A stretch of 64,000 nt of DNA from Hyphomicrobiaceae bacterium (GCA_008933705.1 WBUN01000013.1:25793-89792), one strand, 5' to 3'; numbered from the stretch's first letter, positions 17,500-26,951 are shown. The notes: a model not told the origin generated them from the sequence alone. Program-made: numbers and translations.

Positions 17500-18254
17500 T
17501 TCGGCTTCTTGTCGGCCGGCTTCACTTTTGCCTTCTCGTCCGTCGGAGCCGCCGCCGGCTGCGGCGCTGGGGTCGCCGGCGCCGCCCGCGCCAGGTCGGC
17601 CTCGGTCAGCACCGCCATCATGATGCGCGCACGCTCGGCAATTCCCGGTGGCGTGTTGCGATCACTGAGCAGCCGCTGGAACTCCCGGCGCGCCTCCTCG
17701 GCCTTGCCTGCCTTGTGCGCGGCCAGTCCCAGCAGCTCGCGCGCGCTGAAACGCCAAGCATTCTCCTCAGCGACGAGATCGATGAGGCGATTCTGCATGT
17801 CCGTCCAGCCGGCCGTATCCAATCTCAACATCGCCGCCTGCAGCCTCGCGTAGTCGCTGAGCAGGAGGTCGATGCCGCGCTGCGTCGAAATGGTTTCATA
17901 CGCCGCTGCGGCCTCGGCCGTCTTGCCGGCCGCCTGATCCGCCGCCGCAAGGCGCAGGCGGGCGAGCGTGGCATAGCCGGGCGGCCCATTGGCCGCTATG
18001 TCCTCGAGCGTCTTCTGCGCCTCGGCCGTCTTCTTCTGCGCAGCGTCCCTGCTCGCTGCAACGAAGCGGGCGCCGGCCGCTTCCGCTGCGACCGCGGCAC
18101 GATGCTCGAGGTACTTGTATCCGCCGACGCCGATGACGATCAAAGCGAAGGCGGCAATGACGAAGATGCCGTACTTTTCCCAGAGCTTGAGCAGTTGCTC
18201 GCGCCGCAACTCCTCGTCGACCTCTCTGGCCAATACGTCCCTTTGGTCGACCAT
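17496..18254 (-). CDS. YfgM-like membrane-anchored TPR protein
   Basis: N-terminal TM helix (IFVIAAFALIVIGVGGY), then Ala-rich TPR-like helices. Conserved position upstream of bamB-der. Confidence 0.7.
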   Translation of the reverse strand: MVDQRDVLAREVDEELRREQLLKLWEKYGIFVIAAFALIVIGVGGYKYLEHRAAVAAEAAGARFVAASRDAAQKKTAEAQKTLEDIAANGPPGYATLARLRLAAADQAAGKTAEAAAAYETISTQRGIDLLLSDYARLQAAMLRLDTAGWTDMQNRLIDLVAEENAWRFSARELLGLAAHKAGKAEEARREFQRLLSDRNTPPGIAERARIMMAVLTEADLARAAPATPAPQPAAAPTDEKAKVKPADKKPK

Positions 18255-18432
18255 ATGCGCTCAGCGTCCTAACTTGTTGATTCCAGGCGGCGGGCCATTG
18301 ATAGCGCGCGGCCGCGCCGTCCGAAAGGGCCGACCATGCCGCGGCGCATCGGCCCAACGGCGATGTGGTGGTGCGTTTCCGGCTTTTTTGCGGCCCGGAC
18401 CGCAGGAAAGCGGGCCGCCGGTTGGCCGCTGG

Positions 18433-18915
18433 CTAGCCCGGCAGGCGTGGCCAGACCTCGGGCGGCCTCACCAGAACCTCAACGGGGTCGCCGAGGCGCA
18501 GGCGCCCGCCGGTCACCACCCGGCAGGTCACACCGCCGCGCCAATTCCTTGCGAGAGCGGTCAGAAGGCCGTTGCAGGCCTGCTCCATGCGTGCGCAGGG
18601 GTAGGTTTGAGCGGTGACTTCCAGATCGACCGCCCCAATCCGGATGAGCCCGCCCCTGGCTCGGGGCAGCACCACGCCCTCCACCAGAAGGTTTGCGCGC
18701 CGAACGGTCCAAGGCACTGGCGGCGCGGAGATTTCTGCGAGCGCTGCCTGCCAAGCCTCCTTTTCCAAGATCGTGATCTGCCGGCGCGGATAGCGCGCTC
18801 CTTTGCAGTCGCCATCGAGACCGGCGGCCACCGAGACGAGGCCCTCCGCGATCTCCTGCATCGGTTGCCGCGGCCGCTCGCGGCGGGCCATGCCCGTCAG
18901 GCGGCCAACGGTCAT
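18433..18915 (-). CDS. MOSC domain protein
   Basis: 160-aa C-terminal part of the 18433-19290 ORF starting at MTVGRL. The GVTCRVVTGGRLRLGDPV beta-barrel ending is typical of MOSC. The ATG overlaps the upstream stop. Confidence 0.75.
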   Translation of the reverse strand: MTVGRLTGMARRERPRQPMQEIAEGLVSVAAGLDGDCKGARYPRRQITILEKEAWQAALAEISAPPVPWTVRRANLLVEGVVLPRARGGLIRIGAVDLEVTAQTYPCARMEQACNGLLTALARNWRGGVTCRVVTGGRLRLGDPVEVLVRPPEVWPRLPG

Positions 18916-19493
18916 GGCAGGAGCGGCACGCCGATGAATTTTCCGTGCGCCCAGAACAGGATGATCATGTAGGTGCCCAGACCGGCTGCGATCACCAGGG
19001 CGTCCTGCAGAACGCCGCCCTGCGCGTTGCCGAGGGGACCGAGCGCCGCGCGCCGGCCTACTGAGATGCGATCGTAGACGGCGAAGGCAAGGAAGCCCCC
19101 GAACAGCAGCACGGAGGCAAGATCGCCGTTGGCCAGCAGGTGCGCGAAGGCCCAGATCGTCACCGCCGCGAGCATCGGATGGCCGACCGCGGTGCGCACG
19201 CGCGAGGGTACGTAGGCCGCCACCAGCAGCACGACGGCCGGGATCATCAGCAGCAGGACGAGGTGCCTGATCCAGATTGGTGGAGCCCACAGCTCGGGAT
19301 TGCCGCGACCCTGCCCCTGCATCTGGGCGTAGCCCATCACGATCAGGACCAAGCCGATGAGGGAGAGAAGGGAGAAGACGCCGCTGTATGCGCCCCGCCC
19401 CAACCGGCTCACCAGGGCCGCCCGGACGGCCGGCAGCGTCGGCAGCAGATGCACGAGAAAGAACAGCACAAGGCCGCTGACAAGCATGGTCAT
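18912..19493 (-). CDS. NnrU family membrane protein
   Basis: Multi-TM protein with LVLFFLVHLLP and WAFAHLLANGD motifs typical of NnrU. Confidence 0.75.
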   Translation of the reverse strand: MTMLVSGLVLFFLVHLLPTLPAVRAALVSRLGRGAYSGVFSLLSLIGLVLIVMGYAQMQGQGRGNPELWAPPIWIRHLVLLLMIPAVVLLVAAYVPSRVRTAVGHPMLAAVTIWAFAHLLANGDLASVLLFGGFLAFAVYDRISVGRRAALGPLGNAQGGVLQDALVIAAGLGTYMIILFWAHGKFIGVPLLP

Positions 19494-19890
19494 CCGCGCA
19501 AGGTCTCCCTGCTATCCACCCGCGCCAATTTGCCTGGCCGGCTTTCCTCTGTCATGTGCCCCCTTGCCATAATTTGCACCACATTGGGCAGGTCTATTTC
19601 ACGCTGAGGTTGCGAGGGATCACGCAGCCTTCCGGATCAACGGGGACGACCTGCTTCGATCAGCTTGCTCGGCAAGTGCGGCTGCCATTGGTGGCCGCGG
19701 CTCAGGCTTGAAAATCGGCAGGCTTGCCGCCGAACATTAACCGGGTCCGGCGATGCAGATACGACAATTCCTGCAGCAATGCTGGCCGTCCGGATAATCG
19801 GCACGCGTGTTGCAGTGACATTTGTACAATTAGCGATGGACGGTGAATCTCGCGTTGGTATAAACCCACGCATTCCCTTTTGTGTAGCGT

Positions 19891-20913
19891 ATGAGGGCGA
19901 CCATGGTGAGAGACGCGTCTTCGGCAAATGGTGACAACATGCCGGATGAGTCCAGCCCCGGTGCCCCGCACGCGCAATTTCCTCAATCCCAGACCGCGAC
20001 CAGCAACCTGACGCAGGAGCTTGCGCAGCTTCTCGCCGCGACCATCGCGCACAATCAGGCGACGCGCGGCATTCCCGGCGGTGTGCCGACGGGCGCCGAG
20101 CTTGCGAGCCTCGCTTCCCTGATGACGGCCGCCTCCTCCCAGCGCACTTTGGCACCCGCGTTTCAGGACGGCCTTTCCGCGCTTGCCTATTCGCAGCCGC
20201 GTCCGGGCCCTCAGCACGGCCCGCTCGATCACGATCCCCATCACGACGACGAGCCGATGCCGATTCCCTCCACTTGGCGCCAGCCCCCGGCCGGCGACGA
20301 CGACAAGTGGTACCGCCAACAGATGGGCGCTGCGTTCATGGGCCTGGCTGCCGGCCTCGTCATCGTCGTGCCCACCGTGCTTTGGCTGAGCGGCTGGGTC
20401 GGCGGCGCCCAGAAAGCCAAGTCCACCCCCACCCCGCCCGTGCAGACCGCGGCGGTCACCAGCGACGCGGTGAGAAGCCCCGAGATAAGAACGGTCAAGG
20501 TCCAGCCTCGCCCGATCGAGAGAGCCGACACGGCGGCGCAGTTCGTGACCGGAAGCACGGAGAGCCGCCTTGGCGTTGAGATCGCCAGGCCGGCGGAGCC
20601 GCCGAAGGTTACCGTTGCGACCACGAGGCCGGTGGAGCCGCAGCAGCCGCGCATCGAGGAGTTCCTGGCGCAGGCCAATCGTCGCATCGAGAACGGCGAC
20701 ATCATGGGCGCACGCGAGATCCTTGCGGGCGCCGATCCCAATACCCAGGGCATGGCGACATTCGCGCTGGCCGAGACCTACGATCCCAACATGCTGGCGG
20801 CCTGGGGAACGCGCGGCGTTGCTGCCGACGTCGCCAGGGCGCGCGCACTCTACACCAAGGCGCTGGACCTGGGTGTCAGCAAGGCACAGACCCGCCTGGA
20901 CGGCCTGAGGTAG
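19891..20913 (+). CDS. membrane-anchored protein with C-terminal Sel1/TPR-like repeats
   Basis: Central TM (AAFMGLAAGLVIVVPTVLWL). The C-terminus GDIMGAREIL...ARALYTKALDLG is Sel1-like. Start uncertain. Confidence 0.5.
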   Translation: MRATMVRDASSANGDNMPDESSPGAPHAQFPQSQTATSNLTQELAQLLAATIAHNQATRGIPGGVPTGAELASLASLMTAASSQRTLAPAFQDGLSALAYSQPRPGPQHGPLDHDPHHDDEPMPIPSTWRQPPAGDDDKWYRQQMGAAFMGLAAGLVIVVPTVLWLSGWVGGAQKAKSTPTPPVQTAAVTSDAVRSPEIRTVKVQPRPIERADTAAQFVTGSTESRLGVEIARPAEPPKVTVATTRPVEPQQPRIEEFLAQANRRIENGDIMGAREILAGADPNTQGMATFALAETYDPNMLAAWGTRGVAADVARARALYTKALDLGVSKAQTRLDGLR

Positions 20914-21001
20914 CCCCACGCGAGCTTGTTGCAATCGCCGGGCGCTGAGGCTATCCCTGGGCCCCGACATGCCCTGTCGGCCCAGCCGGGCCGCGTGGTC
21001 G

Positions 21002-21076
21002 GCCGCAATAGCTCAGGGGTAGAGCAACGCATTCGTAATGCGTGGGTCGGGGGTTCAAATCCCTCTTGCGGCACCA
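21002..21076 (+). tRNA. tRNA-Thr (anticodon CGU)
   Basis: Manual cloverleaf: acceptor GCCGCAA/TTGCGGC, D arm GCTC-AGGGGTA-GAGC, anticodon arm ACGCA-TTCGTAA-TGCGT, T arm GGGGG-TTCAAAT-CCCTC, encoded ACCA. Confidence 0.9.
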
Positions 21077-22659
21077 TCGTTACCACCCGACGTGTAGCGC
21101 CCGTTGGGAGGGATTTGCGGGGCATTCAGCAGGTGGGCGAGGTAACCCCTGATTTCGATGTCCAACGGCGCCCGTGCCGGGACGGGGTGCACAATCACCC
21201 GTTCAATAAGGGTCCTCAGGTGCTCGCCATCCTTGCCGGCCACACCCCCGGCCCCCGCTCTTAGCGAGCTTGCGAGCTGGTCCACCACATCGAGGTAACG
21301 GGTGATGGCCGCAGGGTGCAGGGCTATCGGCTCGACGGCCGCCGCGGCCATGGCCGCCTCCCCTTCCAGCTTGCGGCGTTCAGCTTCAAGGGCCGCCAGC
21401 TTTTCCTTTACCGCGTCGGCCTTGAGGAGGCCATCGGCCAGGGCATCAACCAGGCGCGCGATTCGGCCTTTCGTCTTGGACAGATCGCGCTCGATCCTGG
21501 CCCTGTCGCTGGCACCATTCGCGGCCAGCCGCCGGCGCTCCGCATGGTACGTCCTGACGAACTCGCCGATCAGCTGGGGGTCGCGTAACTCTTGGCGCAG
21601 GCCGTTGAGCGTCTCTTCCTCGATCGATTGTAGGTTGTATTTGCGGCGGTGATCGCATGTCCCGCTCTCGACGGCACGAATACAACGCACCCTCACCACG
21701 CCGCCGCGGCCCTTCCCGGCCGTTGTCATGCCGCCGCCGCAGCTCCCGCACTTCAGCAGCCCAGAGAGCAGGCGTTTGGCGCGCCGGGCATGCTCCGGCC
21801 GCGCGCTGCCTTTGGTCGACTTGAGGGCTTGCGCGGCCTGAAATGTTTCCTCGGAAATGATCGCCAAGTGCGGCGCGGCAGCCGTGTGGAGCTGGTCCCC
21901 GGAGTTCAGGCGCGGCACGCGCTTGCCGGTGTCAGGGTCCTTGATCTTCCGCGTCTTATTCCAGACGATTCGGCCGATGTAGATTTCGTTCTGCAGGATG
22001 CCGGTGCGCCGCTTGCGCGAGCCATTGATGGTCGACGAGCTCCACACCGCCCCACGTGGGGGCGGCACGCCGTCGCTGTTGAGGGCACACACGATCTCCC
22101 GTGGCGTGAGCCCGGCCAGGTAGTCGTCGAAGATGCGCCGGACCACAGCGGCCTGCGCCTCGTCAATCTCGGTCACGCCGGGCTGTCCCGGTACCAGCTT
22201 GTAGCCATAGGCCCGGCCGCCAGCGTGGCGGCCATCGCGGACCACACCGGCCTGGCCGCGGTGGATCTTGTGCGCGAGGTCCTCGAGGTAGAGCGCACCG
22301 ACAAGACCGCGCACGCCGACCTGGATGGCGTCGGCGCGACCCTCATGCACGGCGCGGAGCTCGATGCCGAGGAACCGCAGCCGCTTCCAGATGCGGGCAA
22401 GGTCCTCTTGGTCGCGCGAGACGCGGTCGAGCGCTTCGACTACGACAACATCGAACACGCCTTTTCCTGCCTCATCCATCATGCGGGCGAGGCCGTCACG
22501 ACCGTGCACCGACGCGCCCGATCGCGCGCGGTCCGCGAATTCCACGACAACGGTTAGGCTGTTTCGTGAGCAGTAGGTGCGGCAGAGCGCGACCTGATCG
22601 TCAATCGACCGGTCGCTTTGCAGGTCGGTCGAGTAGCGCGCGTAGATCGCTGCCCTCAT
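21055..22659 (-). CDS. large serine recombinase (phage integrase)
   Basis: N-terminal resolvase domain (AAIYARYSTDLQSDRSIDDQ), recombinase domain, zinc-ribbon (CGSCGG...C...C) and coiled-coil tail. The last ~7 codons overlap the tRNA-Thr 3' end. Confidence 0.9.
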   Translation of the reverse strand: MRAAIYARYSTDLQSDRSIDDQVALCRTYCSRNSLTVVVEFADRARSGASVHGRDGLARMMDEAGKGVFDVVVVEALDRVSRDQEDLARIWKRLRFLGIELRAVHEGRADAIQVGVRGLVGALYLEDLAHKIHRGQAGVVRDGRHAGGRAYGYKLVPGQPGVTEIDEAQAAVVRRIFDDYLAGLTPREIVCALNSDGVPPPRGAVWSSSTINGSRKRRTGILQNEIYIGRIVWNKTRKIKDPDTGKRVPRLNSGDQLHTAAAPHLAIISEETFQAAQALKSTKGSARPEHARRAKRLLSGLLKCGSCGGGMTTAGKGRGGVVRVRCIRAVESGTCDHRRKYNLQSIEEETLNGLRQELRDPQLIGEFVRTYHAERRRLAANGASDRARIERDLSKTKGRIARLVDALADGLLKADAVKEKLAALEAERRKLEGEAAMAAAAVEPIALHPAAITRYLDVVDQLASSLRAGAGGVAGKDGEHLRTLIERVIVHPVPARAPLDIEIRGYLAHLLNAPQIPPNGRYTSGGNDGAARGI

Positions 22660-22961
22660 TGTCGCCCCGAGCCCCCTTTGCTACCAACTCGGCGGCATGA
22701 TCCTCTCTGGCGAGCCTTTCTGCAAGCAGGCGCACGAAAGTAACCAGTTGAGGATCTGGGGCTCGGTCGCCACGCGGTGTGGTGGCCCGGCTCATGGGGC
22801 GTCCGGTCGCCTCGGGGTTGGCAGGTTGTGCAGCCGCTCACGAGCTTCTGTGCGCAGCACTGGATGCACTCCAGGCTTTTGATCGAACACCCACCGATCG
22901 GATTCCAGTGGCATTCGTCCACTCGATTGGACTTGGCCCGCTCACGGCAGCGGCTCTGCAC
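22656..22961 (-). pseudogene. DUF5131 (Gp37/Gp68) N-terminal remnant with unrelated tail
   Basis: Residues 11-41 (SNRVDECHWNPIGGCSIKSLECIQCCAQKLV) mirror the Cys-rich N-terminus of the intact copy at 25676. After that the sequence is low-quality. Its stop overlaps the recombinase ATG. Confidence 0.35.
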
Positions 22962-23289
22962 CGTGCGCGGCCAGCGCCTCGCGAAGGCGGTTCAGATGGA
23001 CCACCGAGCCCTGGATGTTGCATGCCAGAGTCGCGTTGTGCGGGTCGCTGATCGCCCGGCGCCAAGCCTTCTCCGCTTCGCGCAGGACCCCAACCAGAGC
23101 GCCGTGGCCGATAGCCTTCAGGGCGGCATCGGCAATGGCGTACGACGATCCGTTGGCGTGCGCGTAGCGCTGGCACGCAGCCTGGAAGGCGGCGTCGGCC
23201 GCCACGGTCTCATACGGCTCGGGCGTGACTTGACCAGCCGCGGCCGGCCGGCCAAGAGCGCGCTCGCTATGCGTCGATATGTTGATCAT
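22942..23289 (-). CDS. hypothetical phage protein (115 aa)
   Basis: ORF with good GC3 in the leftward operon. Confidence 0.55.
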   Translation of the reverse strand: MINISTHSERALGRPAAAGQVTPEPYETVAADAAFQAACQRYAHANGSSYAIADAALKAIGHGALVGVLREAEKAWRRAISDPHNATLACNIQGSVVHLNRLREALAAHGAEPLP

Positions 23290-23304
23290 GCGATGTCCCT
23301 TCGT

Positions 23305-23862
23305 TCAGGCGGCAATCGCCGCCGTTTCTGCACGCCAGTGACTGCACAGCGCCGCCCACGGGCCATGCCAGAAGGCTCGCGCCTGGGGGCTGTCGCGCAT
23401 CTCGATGGGTGGGTAGGTGTCGTAAAGCTTGGAAAACCAGTCGTGCGTCATCAGGCGCTCGGCGAACATGTGCTCTGACCCGGTGTCGGCGCACAGGTCC
23501 AATTCGTCCCGCCATTCGTGCGCGATCTCGCGATCGATCCGGCCATCGCGGACCAACTGGAAGATGTCGGCCTTGATCGTGCGGATGGTCTTCTCTTCGT
23601 CGAATTCCCGGTAGCCGGGGAACGCCTTGTTCATGAAGTAGTCGAAGTTGAGCCCGCACAGGAACTCGCGCAGCGTTCGGTCGCCGATTGCGGTCCAGGC
23701 GTAGGCGTAGTTGCCAAAGTCGCTCTGCACGTCGATCTGGCCGCCGCGCGGCCATTCGCGGATCGTCGCGATTGCCCAGCCCCATCCATGCCGGGGCACG
23801 CGGGCGCGAACCTTGTAGACGCTGGCGATATCGAGCGAGATGGCGTAGCGCGGCTTCAGCAT
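23305..23862 (-). CDS. hypothetical phage protein (185 aa)
   Basis: Start at MLKPRY, 6 nt after the upstream stop. Normal composition. Confidence 0.6.
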   Translation of the reverse strand: MLKPRYAISLDIASVYKVRARVPRHGWGWAIATIREWPRGGQIDVQSDFGNYAYAWTAIGDRTLREFLCGLNFDYFMNKAFPGYREFDEEKTIRTIKADIFQLVRDGRIDREIAHEWRDELDLCADTGSEHMFAERLMTHDWFSKLYDTYPPIEMRDSPQARAFWHGPWAALCSHWRAETAAIAA

Positions 23863-23867
23863 GGCAC

Positions 23868-24530
23868 TCACCACCCAGAATACAAGGCGATCAGCTGCGC
23901 CCAATCGCGCAGCGCGTCGTTGTGCTTGAGGGTGTTGACGGCGTCGGCCGCGTGCCAGCCGCAAGGCAGCCGATGCAGCCAGAACTTCTTGATCAGTTTC
24001 TCGTCGCTGTTGTAGAGCCAGAGGATGGTGGCGATCAGCATCTGCCGCACCGGCGGCTCATCCTTGTAGGCCTTGCGCCAGGCCGCCATGGCTGGCGGGT
24101 CGGTTTGGTCGGTGTGGTAGTCAATGCCGCCCGGGCGCACGTCGATGCCATGGCACGCTGGGCGCCCCGGCATGAAGAACTTCCCGAGGCCGTAGTGATC
24201 GATGATGTGACGCAGCTGAGCAGTGAACCGCGTCGCGTCGATCGCCCCAAGGTTGTCGACGCCGACCACGGCCGCTAGCGCGAGCTTCTCCATGGCGTCC
24301 ATGCTCGGCGCCTTCGCGATGAGATCGACCAGGCGCGTCTTGGGAAATCGCCCCTTCGCGAACGCCGGCGACACGATGGCGAACGCAGTCAGCGCGACCG
24401 GAATGCGCGAGTGATAGATGTAGGCGTGCTCTGCCTTGTCCATGTCGCTCAGAACGACGAGACCGCCGGGGCCCATCTCGACGCCGAATTCGTTCAAGAG
24501 CGATTCCGGCTTCTGCACGGTGGCTAGCAT
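23868..24530 (-). CDS. hypothetical phage protein (220 aa)
   Basis: ORF with good GC3. No motif recognised. Confidence 0.6.
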   Translation of the reverse strand: MLATVQKPESLLNEFGVEMGPGGLVVLSDMDKAEHAYIYHSRIPVALTAFAIVSPAFAKGRFPKTRLVDLIAKAPSMDAMEKLALAAVVGVDNLGAIDATRFTAQLRHIIDHYGLGKFFMPGRPACHGIDVRPGGIDYHTDQTDPPAMAAWRKAYKDEPPVRQMLIATILWLYNSDEKLIKKFWLHRLPCGWHAADAVNTLKHNDALRDWAQLIALYSGW

Positions 24531-24584
24531 GTGGCGTCTCCAATGGTTTCGTCTCGGAGATATGACCGGGGAAGAGGAAGCCGG

Positions 24585-25676
24585 TCATGCGACAGGCTCC
24601 GTCACGCGCTGGGTGGCGACATGGGCAGTCCGTGGGGGCCGGCCCCGTTCTCCTGGCAGATCGTTGTGCTCGCGGCCGTCGAGCAGCCGGCCGGCGGTCT
24701 CCTTGCCGACGCGACGCATCGTGACAGAGCGTTCGTAACCATCCGCCAGATCGCCCCCCATGCGGGCGTTGTGGAAGCCCTGCCACGTCATCGCTGAGCC
24801 CCAGGGCGTGATGACCGTGGTGCTCTCGTCGGACCACTCCAGTCGCCAGCCGAGGCCATCGCATGCGGGAGCCCAGGCGCCCCACTGCTTGAAGAAGTAG
24901 GCGCTGCCGACGGTGTGGCAGAACTCGCGCGTGGCCCGATGCCAGGCGGGGTGGCTCGGCCGGGCCCGTGCGCCGGATTCGCCGCCGGAAATGACCTGGT
25001 CGACGAACTCCCAGCCCTTCCAGTCCACCGGCCCGAGCGCGGGCTCATAGGACACGAAGGTGGTGAAGCCCATCTCCGACAGCGCGCGCAGATCCTCGCG
25101 GCGCCGATCGGCCTCGGCCTGTCGCTCGACGGACGTGCCAAGCCACAGGCGGCTCACAATCGCGTCGAATGTGGCGACCATCGGGTCGAAATTGGATCTG
25201 CCGAAGATCGGGTGCGGCCACATCAGCCAGCGCGCCGAACGCCGGAGCTCCTCGAAGTAGGCGCGCATCACAGCGGGGCGCTTGGTGAGCAGCTGGCCGA
25301 TGTGGTGCGAGTAGACGATGGAGGCGAGGACGCGGTCGATCGCCTCGGCGGGGCGATCGGGGTGGAAGAGGTCGGCCATGTCGGCGACGAAGATCAGCGA
25401 CGGCTGCCCGGGTCCGAGCAGCGGCTCCTTGAGACCGCGCCAGCGGACCGGCCAGCTCCAGGTCGGGTGCTCGGGTGCGGCAACAGTCATTGTGCCGTTG
25501 AAGACCGGACGCCCCTTCCCATCGTCGGTCGTGCCGGCGTACAGCGGATGCTTGCGCAGCCGCGTGCCGGCCAGCTGCTGCGCATAGCAATGGATGCAGC
25601 CGGGGCTCTCGATCGAGCAGCCGCCGACCGTGCTCCACGTCGCGTCGCACCATTCGATGGGAGTATTGGCGCCCAT
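24585..25676 (-). CDS. phage Gp37/Gp68 family protein (DUF5131)
   Basis: N-terminus MGANTPIEWCDATWSTVGGCSIESPGCIHCYAQ is the hallmark of DUF5131. At 363 aa it is longer than usual at the C-terminus. Confidence 0.85.
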   Translation of the reverse strand: MGANTPIEWCDATWSTVGGCSIESPGCIHCYAQQLAGTRLRKHPLYAGTTDDGKGRPVFNGTMTVAAPEHPTWSWPVRWRGLKEPLLGPGQPSLIFVADMADLFHPDRPAEAIDRVLASIVYSHHIGQLLTKRPAVMRAYFEELRRSARWLMWPHPIFGRSNFDPMVATFDAIVSRLWLGTSVERQAEADRRREDLRALSEMGFTTFVSYEPALGPVDWKGWEFVDQVISGGESGARARPSHPAWHRATREFCHTVGSAYFFKQWGAWAPACDGLGWRLEWSDESTTVITPWGSAMTWQGFHNARMGGDLADGYERSVTMRRVGKETAGRLLDGREHNDLPGERGRPPRTAHVATQRVTEPVA

Positions 25677-25678
25677 GG
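25568..25678. repeat. DUF5131 5'-end segment, copy 1 (within intact gene)
   Basis: Two blocks, cggccagctgctgcgcAtagca (25568-25589) and ttcgatgggagtattggcgcccatgg (25653-25678), recur at 26047-26172. Confidence 0.85.
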
Positions 25679-25684
25679 CTCGGC

Positions 25685-26170
25685 CTATCCCGCGGTATCG
25701 CGTTGCTCGCGCCTGGTCTCGAGGCGCAACTGTGCGACGCCCGGGACGCGATTGCGCAACAGCCGCTCAACGCGCTCGGCTGCCTCCAGCGCGATGCGCA
25801 GGACCTCGCCACCTTGCTCCGTCACCTCGATCTCGTAGGCGCGCGCGTCCTGCTTTTTGCGCCTGCGCTTCAGCCATCCTTTGCGCGCCAGGCGGCGGCA
25901 GATGTCGGCGACGGTGGAGCGGTCGATTTCTATCATGTCGATGGTCGCCGCCTGTGAAAGGCCTGGATGCTCGGCGACCGCGGCGAGCACCGCCGTCTGG
26001 GGCAGCGTGATGTCGAGATCGCCGACGAAGGTCGCGAAGCTCGCGTCGGCCAGCTGCTGCGCGTAGCATAGAGTTTTGAGCAGTCGCATCGGCGCTCTCC
26101 TGGAAGGGGATTTCGTCATCGAGGGCTTTGCTCCAGGCGGAGTTGATTCGATGGGAGTATTGGCGCCCAT
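25685..26170 (-). CDS. MarR-family winged-helix regulator (possible chimeric N-terminus)
   Basis: The wHTH (LSQAATIDMIEIDRSTVADICRRLARKGWLKR) is MarR-like. The first 41 codons reuse MGANTPIE and CYAQQLA of DUF5131. An alternative start is ATG 26089. Confidence 0.8.
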   Translation of the reverse strand: MGANTPIESTPPGAKPSMTKSPSRRAPMRLLKTLCYAQQLADASFATFVGDLDITLPQTAVLAAVAEHPGLSQAATIDMIEIDRSTVADICRRLARKGWLKRRRKKQDARAYEIEVTEQGGEVLRIALEAAERVERLLRNRVPGVAQLRLETRREQRDTAG

Positions 26171-26172
26171 GG
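26047..26172. repeat. DUF5131 5'-end segment, copy 2 (forms N-terminus of MarR ORF)
   Basis: Block 1 matches 21/22 at 26047-26068. Block 2 matches 26/26 at 26147-26172. The middle part is unrelated. Confidence 0.85.
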
Positions 26173-26409
26173 AGGCTCAGTCCTGTGGTCGGTTGACATG
26201 GGGAGGTGGACGCGCGGCTCTGTCGGCATCCGATGGTCGGCCGCAACAGAGAGGCGGTGGCCATTGTCGGTGTAAACGAAGGCCGCGGGCGCCTTCACGT
26301 CTTCAGCGGTGGCCCCCTCCGACAGGTGGATGGTGGCGGTCCCCGCGCGGATCTCGGGCGAAACATCGCGCCGAGTCGCATCTTCGGCATGAGCCATGGT
26401 CTGCGTCAT
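26116..26409 (-). CDS. hypothetical phage protein (97 aa)
   Basis: The ORF start overlaps the upstream stop. The 3' end runs into the duplicated DUF5131 segment, so the C-terminus is uncertain. Confidence 0.45.
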   Translation of the reverse strand: MTQTMAHAEDATRRDVSPEIRAGTATIHLSEGATAEDVKAPAAFVYTDNGHRLSVAADHRMPTEPRVHLPMSTDHRTEPPWAPILPSNQLRLEQSPR

Positions 26410-26951
26410 GTTCCGCCCCGATTGCGCGCGTCCTTGTCGGTGCCGGATTGCCGTTGCAGCTCGCGCAGGACCTCATGCCGATCGGGCAGAGGCATCCAGA
26501 ACACCGGCACGAAATCGTCCTGATCGTCGATGGTCAGCCAGCGCGCGGCGTCCGACAGCGGCTCGACGAACTGGATGGCGCGGATGCGGCCTGCGGCATC
26601 CATGCCGACGATCTCGGTTTGCACCTCGGGCCGCAATTCCATGAGCTGCCATCCGGCGGCGGCGCCGGCGTTCGGCACCCACGTGTCGTGCTTCGGCCCC
26701 GGCCACGAGCCGTGATCGGTGAGGATCTTGTGGTAGTGGTGCGTGCTGCAATGGTGCCAGAGGTCGATCGGCGCGTCCTTCAGCCAGCGGCGGACGATCT
26801 CCATGCTGACATCCATCACGAGGCATCCGGCCTCGGCATCGGCATGCGGCGCCGGGTTGGCCTGGGCGATGTGCCAGAGCGCGGCCAGGGACCGATCGCC
26901 GATCGTCTCCAGGCCGCTGGTGTCGATCTCGAACGTGATCGTCGTCTTCAT
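26406..26951 (-). CDS. hypothetical phage protein (181 aa)
   Basis: Start MKTTITFEID; its ATG overlaps the upstream TGA (ATGA). The C-terminus has an FWMPLP motif. Confidence 0.6.
   Translation of the reverse strand: MKTTITFEIDTSGLETIGDRSLAALWHIAQANPAPHADAEAGCLVMDVSMEIVRRWLKDAPIDLWHHCSTHHYHKILTDHGSWPGPKHDTWVPNAGAAAGWQLMELRPEVQTEIVGMDAAGRIRAIQFVEPLSDAARWLTIDDQDDFVPVFWMPLPDRHEVLRELQRQSGTDKDARNRGGT

Noticed and set aside
22601-22795. 64-aa ORF overlapping the recombinase start
   Set aside because: It overlaps the recombinase N-terminus by 59 nt in another frame. GC3 is mediocre. It competes with the DUF5131-remnant frame, and there is not enough evidence to call either a functional gene.
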